Below, one piece after another: positions 47,764 through 58,023 of a stretch of 64,000 nt of DNA. The notes below the pieces were generated by a model, which was not told the DNA's origin, searched no databases, and saw only the letters and a list, made by a program, of their open reading frames with translations. The stretch spans positions 11,632 through 75,631 of the forward strand of contig JAZDJR010000029.1 of NCBI GenBank assembly GCA_043803815.1, read 5' to 3'. The position numbers and the translations under genes were made by a program. The DNA is from Candidatus Micrarchaeota archaeon (lineage in GTDB: Archaea; Iainarchaeota; Iainarchaeia; Iainarchaeales; JAGVWC01). Numbering within the stretch: the stretch's first letter is position 1; every line of letters begins with the position of its first letter.

Positions 47764-48597
47764 TTAATTGGGCTCATTTTTCAGGCTGGCGTTGAAGCAG
47801 ACATGGTTAAATGTGACATTATCCGTGGTCACTTCGATTTCAAGCTGTTGAACATCAATTGCAATTTCGGCGGACTGCTTGTCCGCGCTTAGAACAACGG
47901 TTTGGTTCCCGTTAATCCGAAAAGCCGGCTTTCCGGCGGGGTTTTGGCTTGCGGCGTCGTCCAAAAAACCGAAGAACAAGGTTCCTTTCACGGGTTTGGA
48001 ATATTTTAGCACTAAGGTTTTGTCCGAGAACGGGTGGGAAAAAACGCACAGCATTTTTTTGTATTCAATCGGACTGTAAACGGTTGTTATTTTTTCCCAA
48101 TAATTGGATCCGCAGATGAATGCATTGCCAAAAAAAGGACACGTTTTTTTTTCTTTGTTTTGCAGGGTAAACACTTCAAACTCTTTCAAATGTTCGCTTA
48201 GCAAAAAAACCTTTTTTTTGAACTGCAAAAAAGACGTTCGATAGGCGCAAATCGTTCCGACTTTGATTTCTTGGCTGCTCGAAAAAACGGTTCCGCAAAA
48301 CGCCACTTTCCAATACGTTTCATACAATGATTCATCCGGATTGGCATTTGGTCGCGCGTCAAAACTCGTGAACCGGCCCATATGCGCGTCCAATGCAAAA
48401 AACCGCAGGTAATCGGGCTCAAAAACAATCTGCTGGCCAATCATTCCCTGTTTTTCCAAGGCCGCGTTCAGATTGTCCCATGCGCTTCCCAGCGGAATTT
48501 CGGAGTAAACCACGCTTCCCCATAACGCGATAAATGCCCACATTAAAAAAATTGCGAGCCGAATCCGCTTTGCTTTTTTTTCGGTTTTTGTATCCAT
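47764..48597 (-). CDS. Membrane-anchored hypothetical protein
   Basis: 277 aa with N-terminal TM helix. Confidence 0.7.
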   Translation of the reverse strand: MDTKTEKKAKRIRLAIFLMWAFIALWGSVVYSEIPLGSAWDNLNAALEKQGMIGQQIVFEPDYLRFFALDAHMGRFTSFDARPNANPDESLYETYWKVAFCGTVFSSSQEIKVGTICAYRTSFLQFKKKVFLLSEHLKEFEVFTLQNKEKKTCPFFGNAFICGSNYWEKITTVYSPIEYKKMLCVFSHPFSDKTLVLKYSKPVKGTLFFGFLDDAASQNPAGKPAFRINGNQTVVLSADKQSAEIAIDVQQLEIEVTTDNVTFNHVCFNASLKNEPN

Positions 48598-48606
48598 TTT
48601 TTTTCC

Positions 48607-49737
48607 TCACATTGACAAAAGATAGATTGCTCCAAGAGCGACGGGAACCAGTTTAAAGAAAATGTTTGGCCGGTCAAAATAATGGGCAATAATTGCAAAG
48701 CAGCCGATGCTAAGAACATAGGTATAGCGAATGGTTTCGGGCAACGGGCGCAGGTTCACCGCAACTGCCATAATGCCGATGCAAACAATCCAAAAAACCC
48801 AAAATTTGGGCATTTTTTGTTTTTCCAAGGCCAGAACGGCAAGACCCAGCAAAAAAACCGCGAAAATAAGAATTGCCTTGAATAAAAAATCCGAAACCAG
48901 AAACGGCCAAAAAATTTCCTTTATAAAGTCCCCCAAACGGAAAAAAACAACCGGCGTCAATGGAAGGCCGCCATTAAAGCGCGCAATGAGGCTTTCCCCG
49001 AACCGGACCGCATTTAGCAGGAAGAAAAAAATGCCCGCGAGTACAAACGGGACATATTTTTTCAGGTTTTTCCAGTCCGGTTTTTTGGATTCGCTGTTTT
49101 CTTTGAAAATCCAAAATTCGTACACCATAAGAATTACAAACAAGTAAAACGCCTCGATAAAAAGCGAGCCCAAAACAAAAAGCAAAAATGTCAGCAGGTA
49201 ATAGCGCAGTTTTTTTTTGGACAGGAAATTCAGGAAAAAAAACAAGGTAAGCAATAAAAAAATAGCCGCCAATGGATGCCTTGTGCCTGACGCGATCCAA
49301 TTAAGGGTGTTGATGTGCAATGGAAAAATAAAAAACAGCACCGAACCGACGTAGGCTGCCCATCGGCCGTACTCCATTTTTCGCAAGACAAAAAACAAGA
49401 GTACTGCCGCGGCAATATGAAACAAAAAAATGACGACGTGATATCCAAAGGCACCCGTGCCGAAAAATCTTGCAAACAACCCCCATTCCATGATGTCTAA
49501 TGGCATGTAATGGGTCTGAGTATGAATCGTGGCTTGCTTAAAAAACGGGTCAAAGATTTTTTCAAGGCTGTTCCGCGTCTGGGCTTCGTTGTACATGGCC
49601 AAGTCATCTCCCCCTGAAATCGCGCCGTCCCACGAAAGCCTGGAAAACCCCGCCAAAAAAACCAGTATTGCAATCAGGGTAAATGAAATAATGGCAACTT
49701 TTTCGCCTTCAGAAGAAAACGTCCAATTTAGCTTCAT
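48607..49737 (-). CDS. GT-C-like polytopic membrane glycosyltransferase
   Basis: GGDD, HYMPL, GYH...H, FPLH....WI motifs; many TM helices. Confidence 0.7.
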   Translation of the reverse strand: MKLNWTFSSEGEKVAIISFTLIAILVFLAGFSRLSWDGAISGGDDLAMYNEAQTRNSLEKIFDPFFKQATIHTQTHYMPLDIMEWGLFARFFGTGAFGYHVVIFLFHIAAAVLLFFVLRKMEYGRWAAYVGSVLFFIFPLHINTLNWIASGTRHPLAAIFLLLTLFFFLNFLSKKKLRYYLLTFLLFVLGSLFIEAFYLFVILMVYEFWIFKENSESKKPDWKNLKKYVPFVLAGIFFFLLNAVRFGESLIARFNGGLPLTPVVFFRLGDFIKEIFWPFLVSDFLFKAILIFAVFLLGLAVLALEKQKMPKFWVFWIVCIGIMAVAVNLRPLPETIRYTYVLSIGCFAIIAHYFDRPNIFFKLVPVALGAIYLLSM

Positions 49738-49825
49738 CCGATTGGTAAAATTACCAAAAATCAGTTAAAACGACCATTTTTGGTAACCGCATCGGTTTTT
49801 TAACTTTGAAAGCAAACTATGTAAC

Positions 49826-50617
49826 ATGATTTCAAAACAAGGAATCCTGACTTTGGTCCTTTTATTGCTGGTTGCGACTTCCTGCCAGGCGGTCACGATC
49901 CAGGCATCCGACAAAATCGTAACCGGTTCGAACTGGAGCTTTTCCGTAAAGCTAGATTCAACAGACTTGTATTACACCTTAAACGTTTTACTCGACAGCC
50001 AAAAAATCGGTTCATTGTATTCCACAAACCCGCCGACGTTTGTTCCCGACCCGTTTAACGGCTCAATGATTAATTCTTCCCGCTTTGCAAACCAGACTCT
50101 TTTTGTTTCCCTGACCGGACTTTCCGCGGGAAACCATGAACTCCGCGTGGAAACCTTTAATCAGGAAAATGTGTCCCTGCAAAGCCAAACCAAGCCTTTT
50201 TTGGCAATCGAACCCGTGGACACGCAAATCCAAACCTCGATGAATCAAAGCGTTTTGACCCTTCAAACCCAAAACACCGCGCTTGTCCAGTCGATTGAAG
50301 AATTAAAGCAGACCAATGCGGGACTCAACAACCGTTTGGAACAGCAAAACGAATTGCTTGCAGAGTTCCAGCAAAAAATAAAAAACCTCACGAGTTCCTT
50401 GCAGTCATTACAGGACAACCAGTCTGCGGACAAGACCGTTATTCAAAACCTGCAAACCCAATTGGAATCGGTTCTGGCGGAGCAGCAATCCGCAAAAGCA
50501 AATACTGTAACGGGATTTGTTGGACTCAGAAACGCGACGCTCCTCGGAATCGGAGTTTTGGTTGTGATTGCCGTCGGATTTTTTGTTTACCGGCAACGCA
50601 AAAAAAGCGCGTATTAG
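49826..50617 (+). CDS. Secreted coiled-coil protein with C-terminal membrane anchor
   Basis: Signal peptide, coiled coil, TGF + TM + basic tail. Confidence 0.8.
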   Translation: MISKQGILTLVLLLLVATSCQAVTIQASDKIVTGSNWSFSVKLDSTDLYYTLNVLLDSQKIGSLYSTNPPTFVPDPFNGSMINSSRFANQTLFVSLTGLSAGNHELRVETFNQENVSLQSQTKPFLAIEPVDTQIQTSMNQSVLTLQTQNTALVQSIEELKQTNAGLNNRLEQQNELLAEFQQKIKNLTSSLQSLQDNQSADKTVIQNLQTQLESVLAEQQSAKANTVTGFVGLRNATLLGIGVLVVIAVGFFVYRQRKKSAY

Positions 50618-50745
50618 GACTGCAAAAAACACCGCTAATTTTTTGTTCTTTCAAAGAATGACTGCTCCCCGTTCTAAATAGGGAAATATCCGAAGCTTGA
50701 CCTGGAAAATACCTTAAAAAACCGATTCAACCCAATTCTTGCATT

Positions 50746-50798
50746 GCGGAGATGGCTAAACCTCAGCTTTTTGCTTTGGGCAAAAACCTGGGAAAAAG
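50746..50798 (+). repeat. Duplicated tRNA-Ser 5' end fused to a hairpin-repeat copy
   Basis: gcggagatggctaaacct matches 50818-50835 at 17/18, then cagctttttgctttgggcaaaaacctgggaaaaag resembles the tRNA intron. Confidence 0.85.
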
Positions 50799-50817
50799 CA
50801 GCTCTGAAAAATTTGAT

Positions 50818-50956
50818 GCGGAGATGGCTGAACCTGGTTAAGGCGCACGCCTGGAAACTCAGCTTTTTTGCTTTCAGCAAAAAACCTGGGAAAAAATTGT
50901 TTAGCCCGTGAGCGTGTGGGCGAAAGCCCTTGTGGGTTCAAATCCCACTCTCCGCG
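50818..50956 (+). tRNA. tRNA-Ser(GGA) with 54-nt intron (50857-50910)
   Basis: Acceptor gcggaga/tctccgc, anticodon stem cacgc/gcgtg, variable arm gggcgaaagccc, GGTTCAAATCC. Confidence 0.93.
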
Positions 50957-50998
50957 CTTTCCTCAAAATAGTCTTAAAAAAAAGCATTGGTGTTTTGA

Positions 50999-51130
50999 AT
51001 GAATCCCGACTGCCCCTGCCCCAAAACAACCTGCCCAAACCACGGCAACTGCGACAAATGCAAGGCGTATCACCTCAAGGTGGGCGGGTTGTCGTACTGC
51101 AAGAGAAACCCGCAAAGAACGGGTTTGTGA
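50999..51130 (+). CDS. 43-aa Cys/His-rich metal-binding microprotein (not in ORF track)
   Basis: MNPDCPCPKTTCPNHGNCDKCKAYH..YC. Confidence 0.7.
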   Translation: MNPDCPCPKTTCPNHGNCDKCKAYHLKVGGLSYCKRNPQRTGL

Positions 51131-51167
51131 ACAGGCGAATCCTTAAAATGAGAAACCCCCTGTTGAA

Positions 51168-51482
51168 TTGGAAACGCATTTTTGGATGATGATTATGAGT
51201 ACTTTGGATTGGGTTTGCGACCGCGCCCTGGACGTGGACAGTTTTTTGCTCGGACTGGCTATTTTTGACAAAGTGTTCAGGATGGATTTGTCCGCGCCGA
51301 CGATTGAGGGGCGCATGGTGGCGGCTTTCGAGTTCGCGGTCATTATCCTGTTCGTGCAATGGGTCGTTAAAAAATACATTCAAAGCCATGTTCATTACAA
51401 GCGAAAGCTCTGGCAACTCGTAGCTCTCCTCATTTTGGGGGTTGGGCTTTCTTTTCTTACTGTTCTCGAATTTCACGCGTAA
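51168..51482 (+). CDS. Small membrane protein
   Basis: Hydrophobic helices; start codon uncertain. Confidence 0.55.
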   Translation: METHFWMMIMSTLDWVCDRALDVDSFLLGLAIFDKVFRMDLSAPTIEGRMVAAFEFAVIILFVQWVVKKYIQSHVHYKRKLWQLVALLILGVGLSFLTVLEFHA

Positions 51483-51610
51483 ACCAAAGCGTTTTTCCGG
51501 TTTTTTTGGATTGGTGAATTTTTCCTCTTCCGCACCAAAATCATTTTAAAGCTTTAAATGCACGTTTTTAAGACATTTGAAGCACTTTTCATTCGTAAAA
51601 TGGGGTCTTT

Positions 51611-53056
51611 ATGCGCGTTTTAATGCTTAATCCGCCTTTTTTCAAGGGGTTTTCTCGCTCCAGCCGCAGCCCGGGCGTTTCCAAAGGCGGGTGCGTATAT
51701 TACCCGTTATGGCTGGGCGCAGCAACAGGCTGGCTTGAAAAACACGGCCACGAAGTCAAATTATTAGACTGTCCTGTTGAAGAAATTACGACTGAAGATG
51801 TCGCCAAAATTTTGGACGAATGGAAACCCGAACTGGTGGTGTTTGATTCGGTTACCGCGTCCGCGACAAACGATTTTGAAGTGGCCAGGCAATTGCGCTC
51901 CCATTCCAAGGCAAAATTCGTGTTTGTCGGAACCAGCCCCAGCGCTTTGCCAGAAAAAACTCTCAAAGAGTGCGATGCAATCGATTTGGTTACGCAGGCG
52001 GAATACGACAAGCAATTGCTGAACCTGGCCAACAATGTTCCGCTTGAAAAAATAAAAGGAATCAGCTATCGGCTAAAAGACGGCAGCATCAGGCATAATC
52101 CGTCCGAAGAATTATTGACCGGAAAAGAACTCGACGAGTTTCCGTTCATGTCCGAGGTTTTTGCGCGCCACTTAAAAATCAAAAATTATTTTTATCCGTC
52201 GGTTTTGTATCCCGAGACAACCATTGTGACGGGAAGAGGCTGCCCGTTTCACTGCACGTTTTGCGTCTTGCCGCAGGTCATGAACGACCACCAGTACCGC
52301 GCGCGCTCTCCCGAAAGCGTTTTTGCGGAAATGAAATGGATTCACGACAATTTGCCAGAAGTAAAAGACGTCATGATTGAAGACGATACGTTTACCGCGG
52401 ACCGCGAACGCGTTAAAAACGTCTGCCGCCTGATTATCGAAAACGGGTTAAAAATCGCATGGACGGTAAATGCGCGCGCGGATGTCGATTTGGAAACTTT
52501 GCAACTGATGAAGCAAGCCGGCTGCCGGCTCTTGTGCGTGGGATTTGAAAGCGCGGACCAGACCATTTTGAATAATATCAAAAAAGGAACCACTATTCCA
52601 AAAATTGAGCAATTCATGAAAGACACCAAAACCGCGGGTTTGTTGGTTCACGGCTGCTTTATGATTGGAAACAAAGGCGAAACCCGCGAAACCATCCGCA
52701 AAACACTGGATATGGCTATCCGCTTGGAACCCGACACCGTCCAATTTTTTCCCATTATGGTTTATCCCGGAACCGAAGCGTACGAATACGCGGCCAAGCA
52801 AGGCCATTTGACCACCAACAATTTTTCGCATTGGCTGCTGCCCGACGGCACGCACAATTCCATCATTTCAACCCCTGATTTAAGCGCTCAGGATTTGGTG
52901 CGGGAATGCGACCGCAGCCGCGTCAAATTTTACGGCAGGCCCAAATTCATGCTTAAAAAATTCTGGCAGGTTTTGCAGCACCCGTCCGATTTGCCGCGCA
53001 CCATCAAAAGCGGAATCACTTTTTCAAAATATTTTATCAAAGAATTCCGCGGCTGA
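51611..53056 (+). CDS. B12-binding-domain radical SAM enzyme (HpnJ-like)
   Basis: GRGCPFHCTFC (CxxxCxxC), EDDTF, VGFES, YPGT. Confidence 0.92.
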   Translation: MRVLMLNPPFFKGFSRSSRSPGVSKGGCVYYPLWLGAATGWLEKHGHEVKLLDCPVEEITTEDVAKILDEWKPELVVFDSVTASATNDFEVARQLRSHSKAKFVFVGTSPSALPEKTLKECDAIDLVTQAEYDKQLLNLANNVPLEKIKGISYRLKDGSIRHNPSEELLTGKELDEFPFMSEVFARHLKIKNYFYPSVLYPETTIVTGRGCPFHCTFCVLPQVMNDHQYRARSPESVFAEMKWIHDNLPEVKDVMIEDDTFTADRERVKNVCRLIIENGLKIAWTVNARADVDLETLQLMKQAGCRLLCVGFESADQTILNNIKKGTTIPKIEQFMKDTKTAGLLVHGCFMIGNKGETRETIRKTLDMAIRLEPDTVQFFPIMVYPGTEAYEYAAKQGHLTTNNFSHWLLPDGTHNSIISTPDLSAQDLVRECDRSRVKFYGRPKFMLKKFWQVLQHPSDLPRTIKSGITFSKYFIKEFRG

Positions 53057-53097
53057 ACAGCTGAAAACTTTTTTTAGGCCGCTTTAACCGGTTCGAT

Positions 53098-54087
53098 TCA
53101 GGAAGCCGTATGGCAAATGTCATTTCGGCATTCCAGCGGCACAAAACAGTAAGGCAGGTATCCGGCTTTTTGGCAGCAGGGGCCGTTTTGGAATCCGCAA
53201 TCCGCGCGTTTGATGAGTACCTGCGTCATAATCAGGTAATCGTTGACTTCGCTTATTCCGGTTCCCGCTTCGTCGTATTCCCCGTTCAAAATGTTTTGCC
53301 TGTGGCTTGGAGAATTCATCCATTGGCTGACGCATCCTTGCACGATTTGGCCGGTCGTTTCCCAGTCCACTTTTTTCCAGGCGGTTTTGGGAACGGTTTG
53401 GATGCGTTCCTGTTTTTGGTTTAAATATTGGCGAAGATTTTGCAGGGTTTGAGTTTGCGATTCATCCGGCAGAGTCGGCGGCAGTTCGATGATGGGCGGT
53501 TCGACGGCAGGTTCCAGACCTGGATAGGTTTTGTCCTTGGAAAACGGGTGAGCCAGAATGTTTTCCGCGCTGGCCGAAAAATAGTAAATGTTCATCGAAT
53601 GGAGGCGGTCGGAGTGATGAAAGCCGAACGAAAATCCCTCATGTGAAATATACGGATCGGGAAAAACCAGGTTAAAATCTGTAAGGTCCGTGTTTTCCAA
53701 GGCCAAATCGTTGGAATGGCGCCTGGCGACATTGGCAAGGCCCGAATTCCATTTAAGCAGGGATAATTGATTTTGAATGCGTTCCCGGTTAATGGCGTCA
53801 TGCATTAAAAATTCGAGTTCGCTTAGGTTCAAATCTGGTTTTGCAAAAACATTGAAATCGGAAGAATTCAATGTCTGGCTTGGAACCGCCGGAACCGTGT
53901 TCGGCAAGGCATACGTTCCGGATGAAGGGTTTGTTTCGGATGGGTTGGAATATTGATTCGGGTTAGTTGAAAAATTATTAAAAAATTCGGGGCGATATTG
54001 GATTTCAAATGCCAGCAGTCCGACGGCACCGATAAAAGCCAGGATGCCGATGATTCCAAACCAATTCAGATTTTTCATGCGCATCAA
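53098..54087 (-). CDS. Membrane-anchored CAP (SCP) domain protein
   Basis: INRER..L..VARRHS, AENI, WMNSPSHRQNIL. Confidence 0.85.
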   Translation of the reverse strand: MMRMKNLNWFGIIGILAFIGAVGLLAFEIQYRPEFFNNFSTNPNQYSNPSETNPSSGTYALPNTVPAVPSQTLNSSDFNVFAKPDLNLSELEFLMHDAINRERIQNQLSLLKWNSGLANVARRHSNDLALENTDLTDFNLVFPDPYISHEGFSFGFHHSDRLHSMNIYYFSASAENILAHPFSKDKTYPGLEPAVEPPIIELPPTLPDESQTQTLQNLRQYLNQKQERIQTVPKTAWKKVDWETTGQIVQGCVSQWMNSPSHRQNILNGEYDEAGTGISEVNDYLIMTQVLIKRADCGFQNGPCCQKAGYLPYCFVPLECRNDICHTAS

Positions 54088-54160
54088 TCAATCAGTAATG
54101 TGCTATCCTGCTTTTTTATCGTTAACCAACTTTTTATTCAATAACCAAAAAAATCCAAAA

Positions 54161-54610
54161 TTAATCTTCGGCTTTATATTGCCCGCCCGGCGGATAATAC
54201 TCGTTGTATTTTCGAATCGTGGCAAACGCCTCTTCCAATAAGTCATTGCCATGCAGGGCTTTCCAGACGGCATCAAACGCATTTTGGCCCGCAAAAGCCT
54301 GCTTTTTGGCCAAGCCCATTTCATCGGCTATCCGTTCAGAAGTCCAGTTTTCGATTTCATTTAATGGCTTTCCTTCCAGTTCCGAACAAAGAAACGACAG
54401 GCAGGCAATGGTTTGGGGGGACGCGCCGGATACGAATTGGATGAACAGGACCAGATTTTTTTCGGTTTGGCAATACACTTCGATTTTGGCTTCTTTTCCG
54501 TTTTCAATCGGATTAAGTTCCGCATAATGCGTCGGATTTTTAAGCGGCCCCTGATGCATGGGCTGTTTTAGGTGTTTTTCAAAAGCCGAATTGGACTGGT
54601 TTTTGGGCAT
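54161..54610 (-). CDS. IscU/NifU-N-like protein lacking canonical cysteines
   Basis: FEKHLKQPMHQG, IACLSFLCSELEGK, ERIADEMG pattern. Confidence 0.65.
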   Translation of the reverse strand: MPKNQSNSAFEKHLKQPMHQGPLKNPTHYAELNPIENGKEAKIEVYCQTEKNLVLFIQFVSGASPQTIACLSFLCSELEGKPLNEIENWTSERIADEMGLAKKQAFAGQNAFDAVWKALHGNDLLEEAFATIRKYNEYYPPGGQYKAED

Positions 54611-54663
54611 GAATGGAGAAAACTGCGAACGCTTTAAAAAAAGGGGTTTTCTTTGTTGATTAC

Positions 54664-55623
54664 ATGGCTAAAAAATGGAGGTCGGAACTGGACTATATCG
54701 GCAATACCCCGCTCCAAAACGTGGATGGCATTTTGGTCAAACTGGAATACCTGAATCCGTCGGGTTCCATCAAGGACCGCATCGCCAAATATATCGTTGA
54801 AAAAGCGGAACAAAAAAAAGAGCTTAAAAAAGGATATTCGATTGTAGAAGCGACTTCCGGAAATACGGGAATCGCGTTTTCCATGGTTGCCGCGGCCAAA
54901 GGATACAATTGCACGATTGTCCTGCCCAAAGGCCTAAGCGTCGAGCGCCAAGAGCTGATTTTGGCGTACGGCTCCAAAATAATTTTTGTCCGCAAAAACT
55001 GCGTCAAATGCGCGGTTGAAAAAACCCGCGAAATCGCCCGAAAAAACAAAAATGTTTTTTTGCCAAAACAGTTTGAAAACCCGTGGAACGCCGAAGAAAA
55101 CGAAAAAATACTCGGAAAAGAAATTTTAAGGCAATTTGCGGAACAATTCCAAAAAAATAAAAAAAAATCCAGTGAATCGATTGATGCCGTTGTGGCGGGA
55201 GTCGGGACCGGCGGAACCCTAATCGGCGTCGGAAAAGCGGTTCGAAAAAAATTTCCCCGCGTCCAAATTATCGCGGTCGAGCCCGCGGAATGCCCGCTGC
55301 TTAGTGAAAACCGGTACGGCCGTCACCGCATTTTCGGCCTGCACAAGGGCTACACCTGCAAAGCGCACGGAATCGAAGGAATCGGGGACGGGTTCATTCC
55401 CAAAATCGTGCAGGAAAACCGGAACCTAATCGACGAAGTGATTGCGGTTAAAACAGCGGACGCGGTCCAAACCGCCCGGCTGCTTGCCAAAAAAGGATTT
55501 TTTGTCGGCCCGAGCTCGGGAGCCAACTTTTGGGCCGCCCAAAAAGCAAGAAAGAAATTCCAAAACGTGCTGACTTTTTTTTGCGACCGGGGAGAACGCT
55601 ACCTGAGCGAAAAACTGTTTTGA
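54664..55623 (+). CDS. Cysteine synthase-family PLP enzyme
   Basis: IGNTPL, NPSGSIKDR, EATSGNTG, GVGTGGT, IEGIG, GPSSGAN, DRGERYLS. Confidence 0.92.
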   Translation: MAKKWRSELDYIGNTPLQNVDGILVKLEYLNPSGSIKDRIAKYIVEKAEQKKELKKGYSIVEATSGNTGIAFSMVAAAKGYNCTIVLPKGLSVERQELILAYGSKIIFVRKNCVKCAVEKTREIARKNKNVFLPKQFENPWNAEENEKILGKEILRQFAEQFQKNKKKSSESIDAVVAGVGTGGTLIGVGKAVRKKFPRVQIIAVEPAECPLLSENRYGRHRIFGLHKGYTCKAHGIEGIGDGFIPKIVQENRNLIDEVIAVKTADAVQTARLLAKKGFFVGPSSGANFWAAQKARKKFQNVLTFFCDRGERYLSEKLF

Positions 55624-55678
55624 CCCGATTCGCTTGTCCGCGCCAAAAATGCCAAAACCGATTTTGTTTTCAAAGCGG

Positions 55679-55924
55679 TTAAACCAGTTTTTTTCCTGTG
55701 GCGTCGACCAGATGAATGACGTTAACCGGGCAGCTTTTGGCGGCTTCCACATTCTTGGGTTTTTGGCTGTCGGAAATGCCGCGTTCTTCGCTTCCATCGG
55801 GGTTTTCCTTGGAATCCTTGACGTGGCTTTTGTCGCCTTGCATTTCCCAAAATTCGGGGGCAACCGCAGCGCAGGCTCCGCAGCCGATGCAATTGGGCTT
55901 GTCAAACTTTATTTTATATGGCAT
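55679..55924 (-). CDS. Ferredoxin
   Basis: CIGCGAC..AP and AAKSCPVNVI. Confidence 0.9.
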   Translation of the reverse strand: MPYKIKFDKPNCIGCGACAAVAPEFWEMQGDKSHVKDSKENPDGSEERGISDSQKPKNVEAAKSCPVNVIHLVDATGKKLV

Positions 55925-55961
55925 ATTTTTTTCCTTTTTTCCTGAAAAAGATTCCTTTTTC

Positions 55962-56876
55962 TTATTTATCGCTTTTTTGGTTCGCCGGACTTGCAGCCGG
56001 AATTGTTTTTTGCCGCAACCGCTCGTAATTCTCGTCGGCCTTTTTTTGGATTTGGATTATCATTTCCGGCGTCAAATGCGAAAAGCGCTTTTGGCCGTTT
56101 AAATAATCCGAAACCGGCTGTCCGCTTTTCGGGTCAAAGTTCAGTTTGAAATTTCCGTTTTCGATTTCAAACAAAAACCACATGCGCGACTGAACCGCGG
56201 CTTTGGCGATTTGCATCGAGCGGCTTCCGTCAAAGCCCGCTCCGAGGCAGCACGGCGCATGAATCACAATAAAGCGGGCTCCTGTCATAGCTTGGGCTTT
56301 TTTTAATTTGAAACGCAAATCCGCAGGATACGCGACCGAAGCGCTTGCCGAGTATGCAATGTTGTGTGCGGCGGCAATTTCCGCAATCGGCTTGCGCTGT
56401 TTTTCGTTTCCATTATGAACAGAACCTGCTTGGGACGTGGTGGTAACCGCCCCAAATGGGGTTGCGCCGCTTTTTTGGACTCCGGTATTCGCGTATTGCT
56501 CGTTGTCATAGCAAATGTACAGGACATCGTCGTTGCGGTCAAACATTCCAGATAACGCCGCAAAACCGATGTCATAGGTCGAACCGTCTCCCGCAATGCA
56601 GACCACGGTCGTGTGGTCGTTTCCCTTGGCTCGCAAGGCGGTACTGACTCCGCTTGCAACCGCGGGAACGTTTTCAAACAAAGTGTGAATATACGGAACG
56701 CGCCAGGCGCTTTGGGGAAACTGCGTGGACGTGATTTCCATGCAACCTGTGGCATTCACGATGATAATGTCGTTTCCCAAAGCATCCAGAATCTGGATTA
56801 ACGCGTTGGACGGCGCGCAACCGGGACAGCCCGCGTGGCCGGGAGCATATAAGTGCATGTCGCTTTGCTGGCTCAT
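55962..56876 (-). CDS. porB: Pyruvate:ferredoxin oxidoreductase beta subunit
   Basis: GHAGCPGC, ATGCMEI, AGDGSTYDIG, DNEQYANTG. Confidence 0.93.
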   Translation of the reverse strand: MSQQSDMHLYAPGHAGCPGCAPSNALIQILDALGNDIIIVNATGCMEITSTQFPQSAWRVPYIHTLFENVPAVASGVSTALRAKGNDHTTVVCIAGDGSTYDIGFAALSGMFDRNDDVLYICYDNEQYANTGVQKSGATPFGAVTTTSQAGSVHNGNEKQRKPIAEIAAAHNIAYSASASVAYPADLRFKLKKAQAMTGARFIVIHAPCCLGAGFDGSRSMQIAKAAVQSRMWFLFEIENGNFKLNFDPKSGQPVSDYLNGQKRFSHLTPEMIIQIQKKADENYERLRQKTIPAASPANQKSDK

Positions 56877-58021
56877 TTTTTTGCCTCGGTTTTCTTGCCA
56901 ATCCATTCGGAGATTGGTTCTTTGGTTTTGAGTTTGTCAAACAATACTGCAATGTCTTTGCGCTTGAGATTTCTTCCGCCGAGGCAACCATAAAAACTGG
57001 AAACAATTGTCCCTGTGCCTTGCAATGCTTCCGCAACTTCAACGTACAACGGCGCTTGGGCTCCGAGTGATAACGCGCGGTCAATCACTCCGACTTTTTT
57101 TCCTTTCAAAACTCGCGCAAGTTCTTCGCTTGGAAACGGGCGATAGCATCGCAAGTGCAAACACCCGACTTTTTTTCCTTTTTTGCGGAGTTCTTCAACG
57201 GTTGCCTTGGCATTATCCATGGCGCTTCCAAGTCCAATCAAAACGATTTTCGCGTCCTTGACATGGAATTCCTCGAACAATCCGTAGGAACGCTTGAATT
57301 GTTTTCCGAATAGTTTTCCAACTTCGAAAATCGTTTTTTTGGATGCAATCAAATCGTTGTGCAGGTCTTCGCGGAATTCCTGGTAATATTGCGGAGCGGT
57401 ATAGGCTCCCAATGTAATTGGGTTTTCAGGGTCGAGTTTAAAGGCGGGCTTAAACGCCGGCAAAAACGATTGGGTTTCTTTTTGGCTGGGAACATCCACT
57501 TGTCCGACCGCGTGCGTCAAATAATGGCCGTCCAGGCACACCATTACGGGCAGATTGGTTTTTTCCGCGATTTCAAAGGCTTGAATGGTGTTGTCCACGG
57601 CTTCTTGATTGTTTTTGCAGTATAATTGTATCCAGCCGGTGTCTCGCTGGCTGATGGAATCCTGTTCGTCGTTCCAAATGGATAATGGCGCGGAAACCGC
57701 GCGGTTAGCAACCGCCATGACAACGGGCAATCTCAGTCCCGCAACCGCAAACAGCGCTTCGTGCATTAATAAGAGTCCCTGCGAGGAAGTCGCGGTAAAG
57801 CTTCGGGCACCTGCCGCGCTTGCGCCCATGACCGCGCTGATGGCTGAAAATTCGGATTCAACTGCGATAAAATTCTTGATTTCGCCGTTGGCAAAAAACC
57901 GGTCCATTTCTTCCACAATCTGCGTGGCAGGAGTAATGGGATAGCAGGCCACGACTTCGGGCCGGCAGTTTTTCGCGGCTTCGGCAACCGCTTCGTTTCC
58001 ACTAATCGTTTTGACGACCAT
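56873..58021 (-). CDS. porA: Pyruvate:ferredoxin oxidoreductase alpha subunit
   Basis: SGNEAVA, YPITP, ESE, ATSSQG, NRA. Confidence 0.94.
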   Translation of the reverse strand: MVVKTISGNEAVAEAAKNCRPEVVACYPITPATQIVEEMDRFFANGEIKNFIAVESEFSAISAVMGASAAGARSFTATSSQGLLLMHEALFAVAGLRLPVVMAVANRAVSAPLSIWNDEQDSISQRDTGWIQLYCKNNQEAVDNTIQAFEIAEKTNLPVMVCLDGHYLTHAVGQVDVPSQKETQSFLPAFKPAFKLDPENPITLGAYTAPQYYQEFREDLHNDLIASKKTIFEVGKLFGKQFKRSYGLFEEFHVKDAKIVLIGLGSAMDNAKATVEELRKKGKKVGCLHLRCYRPFPSEELARVLKGKKVGVIDRALSLGAQAPLYVEVAEALQGTGTIVSSFYGCLGGRNLKRKDIAVLFDKLKTKEPISEWIGKKTEAKK

Positions 58022-58023
58022 TT

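Noticed and set aside
51558-51625. Possible 5' duplication of the radical SAM start (atgcacgtttttaag vs atgcgcgttttaatg)
   Set aside because: Too short and AT-rich to separate from chance.
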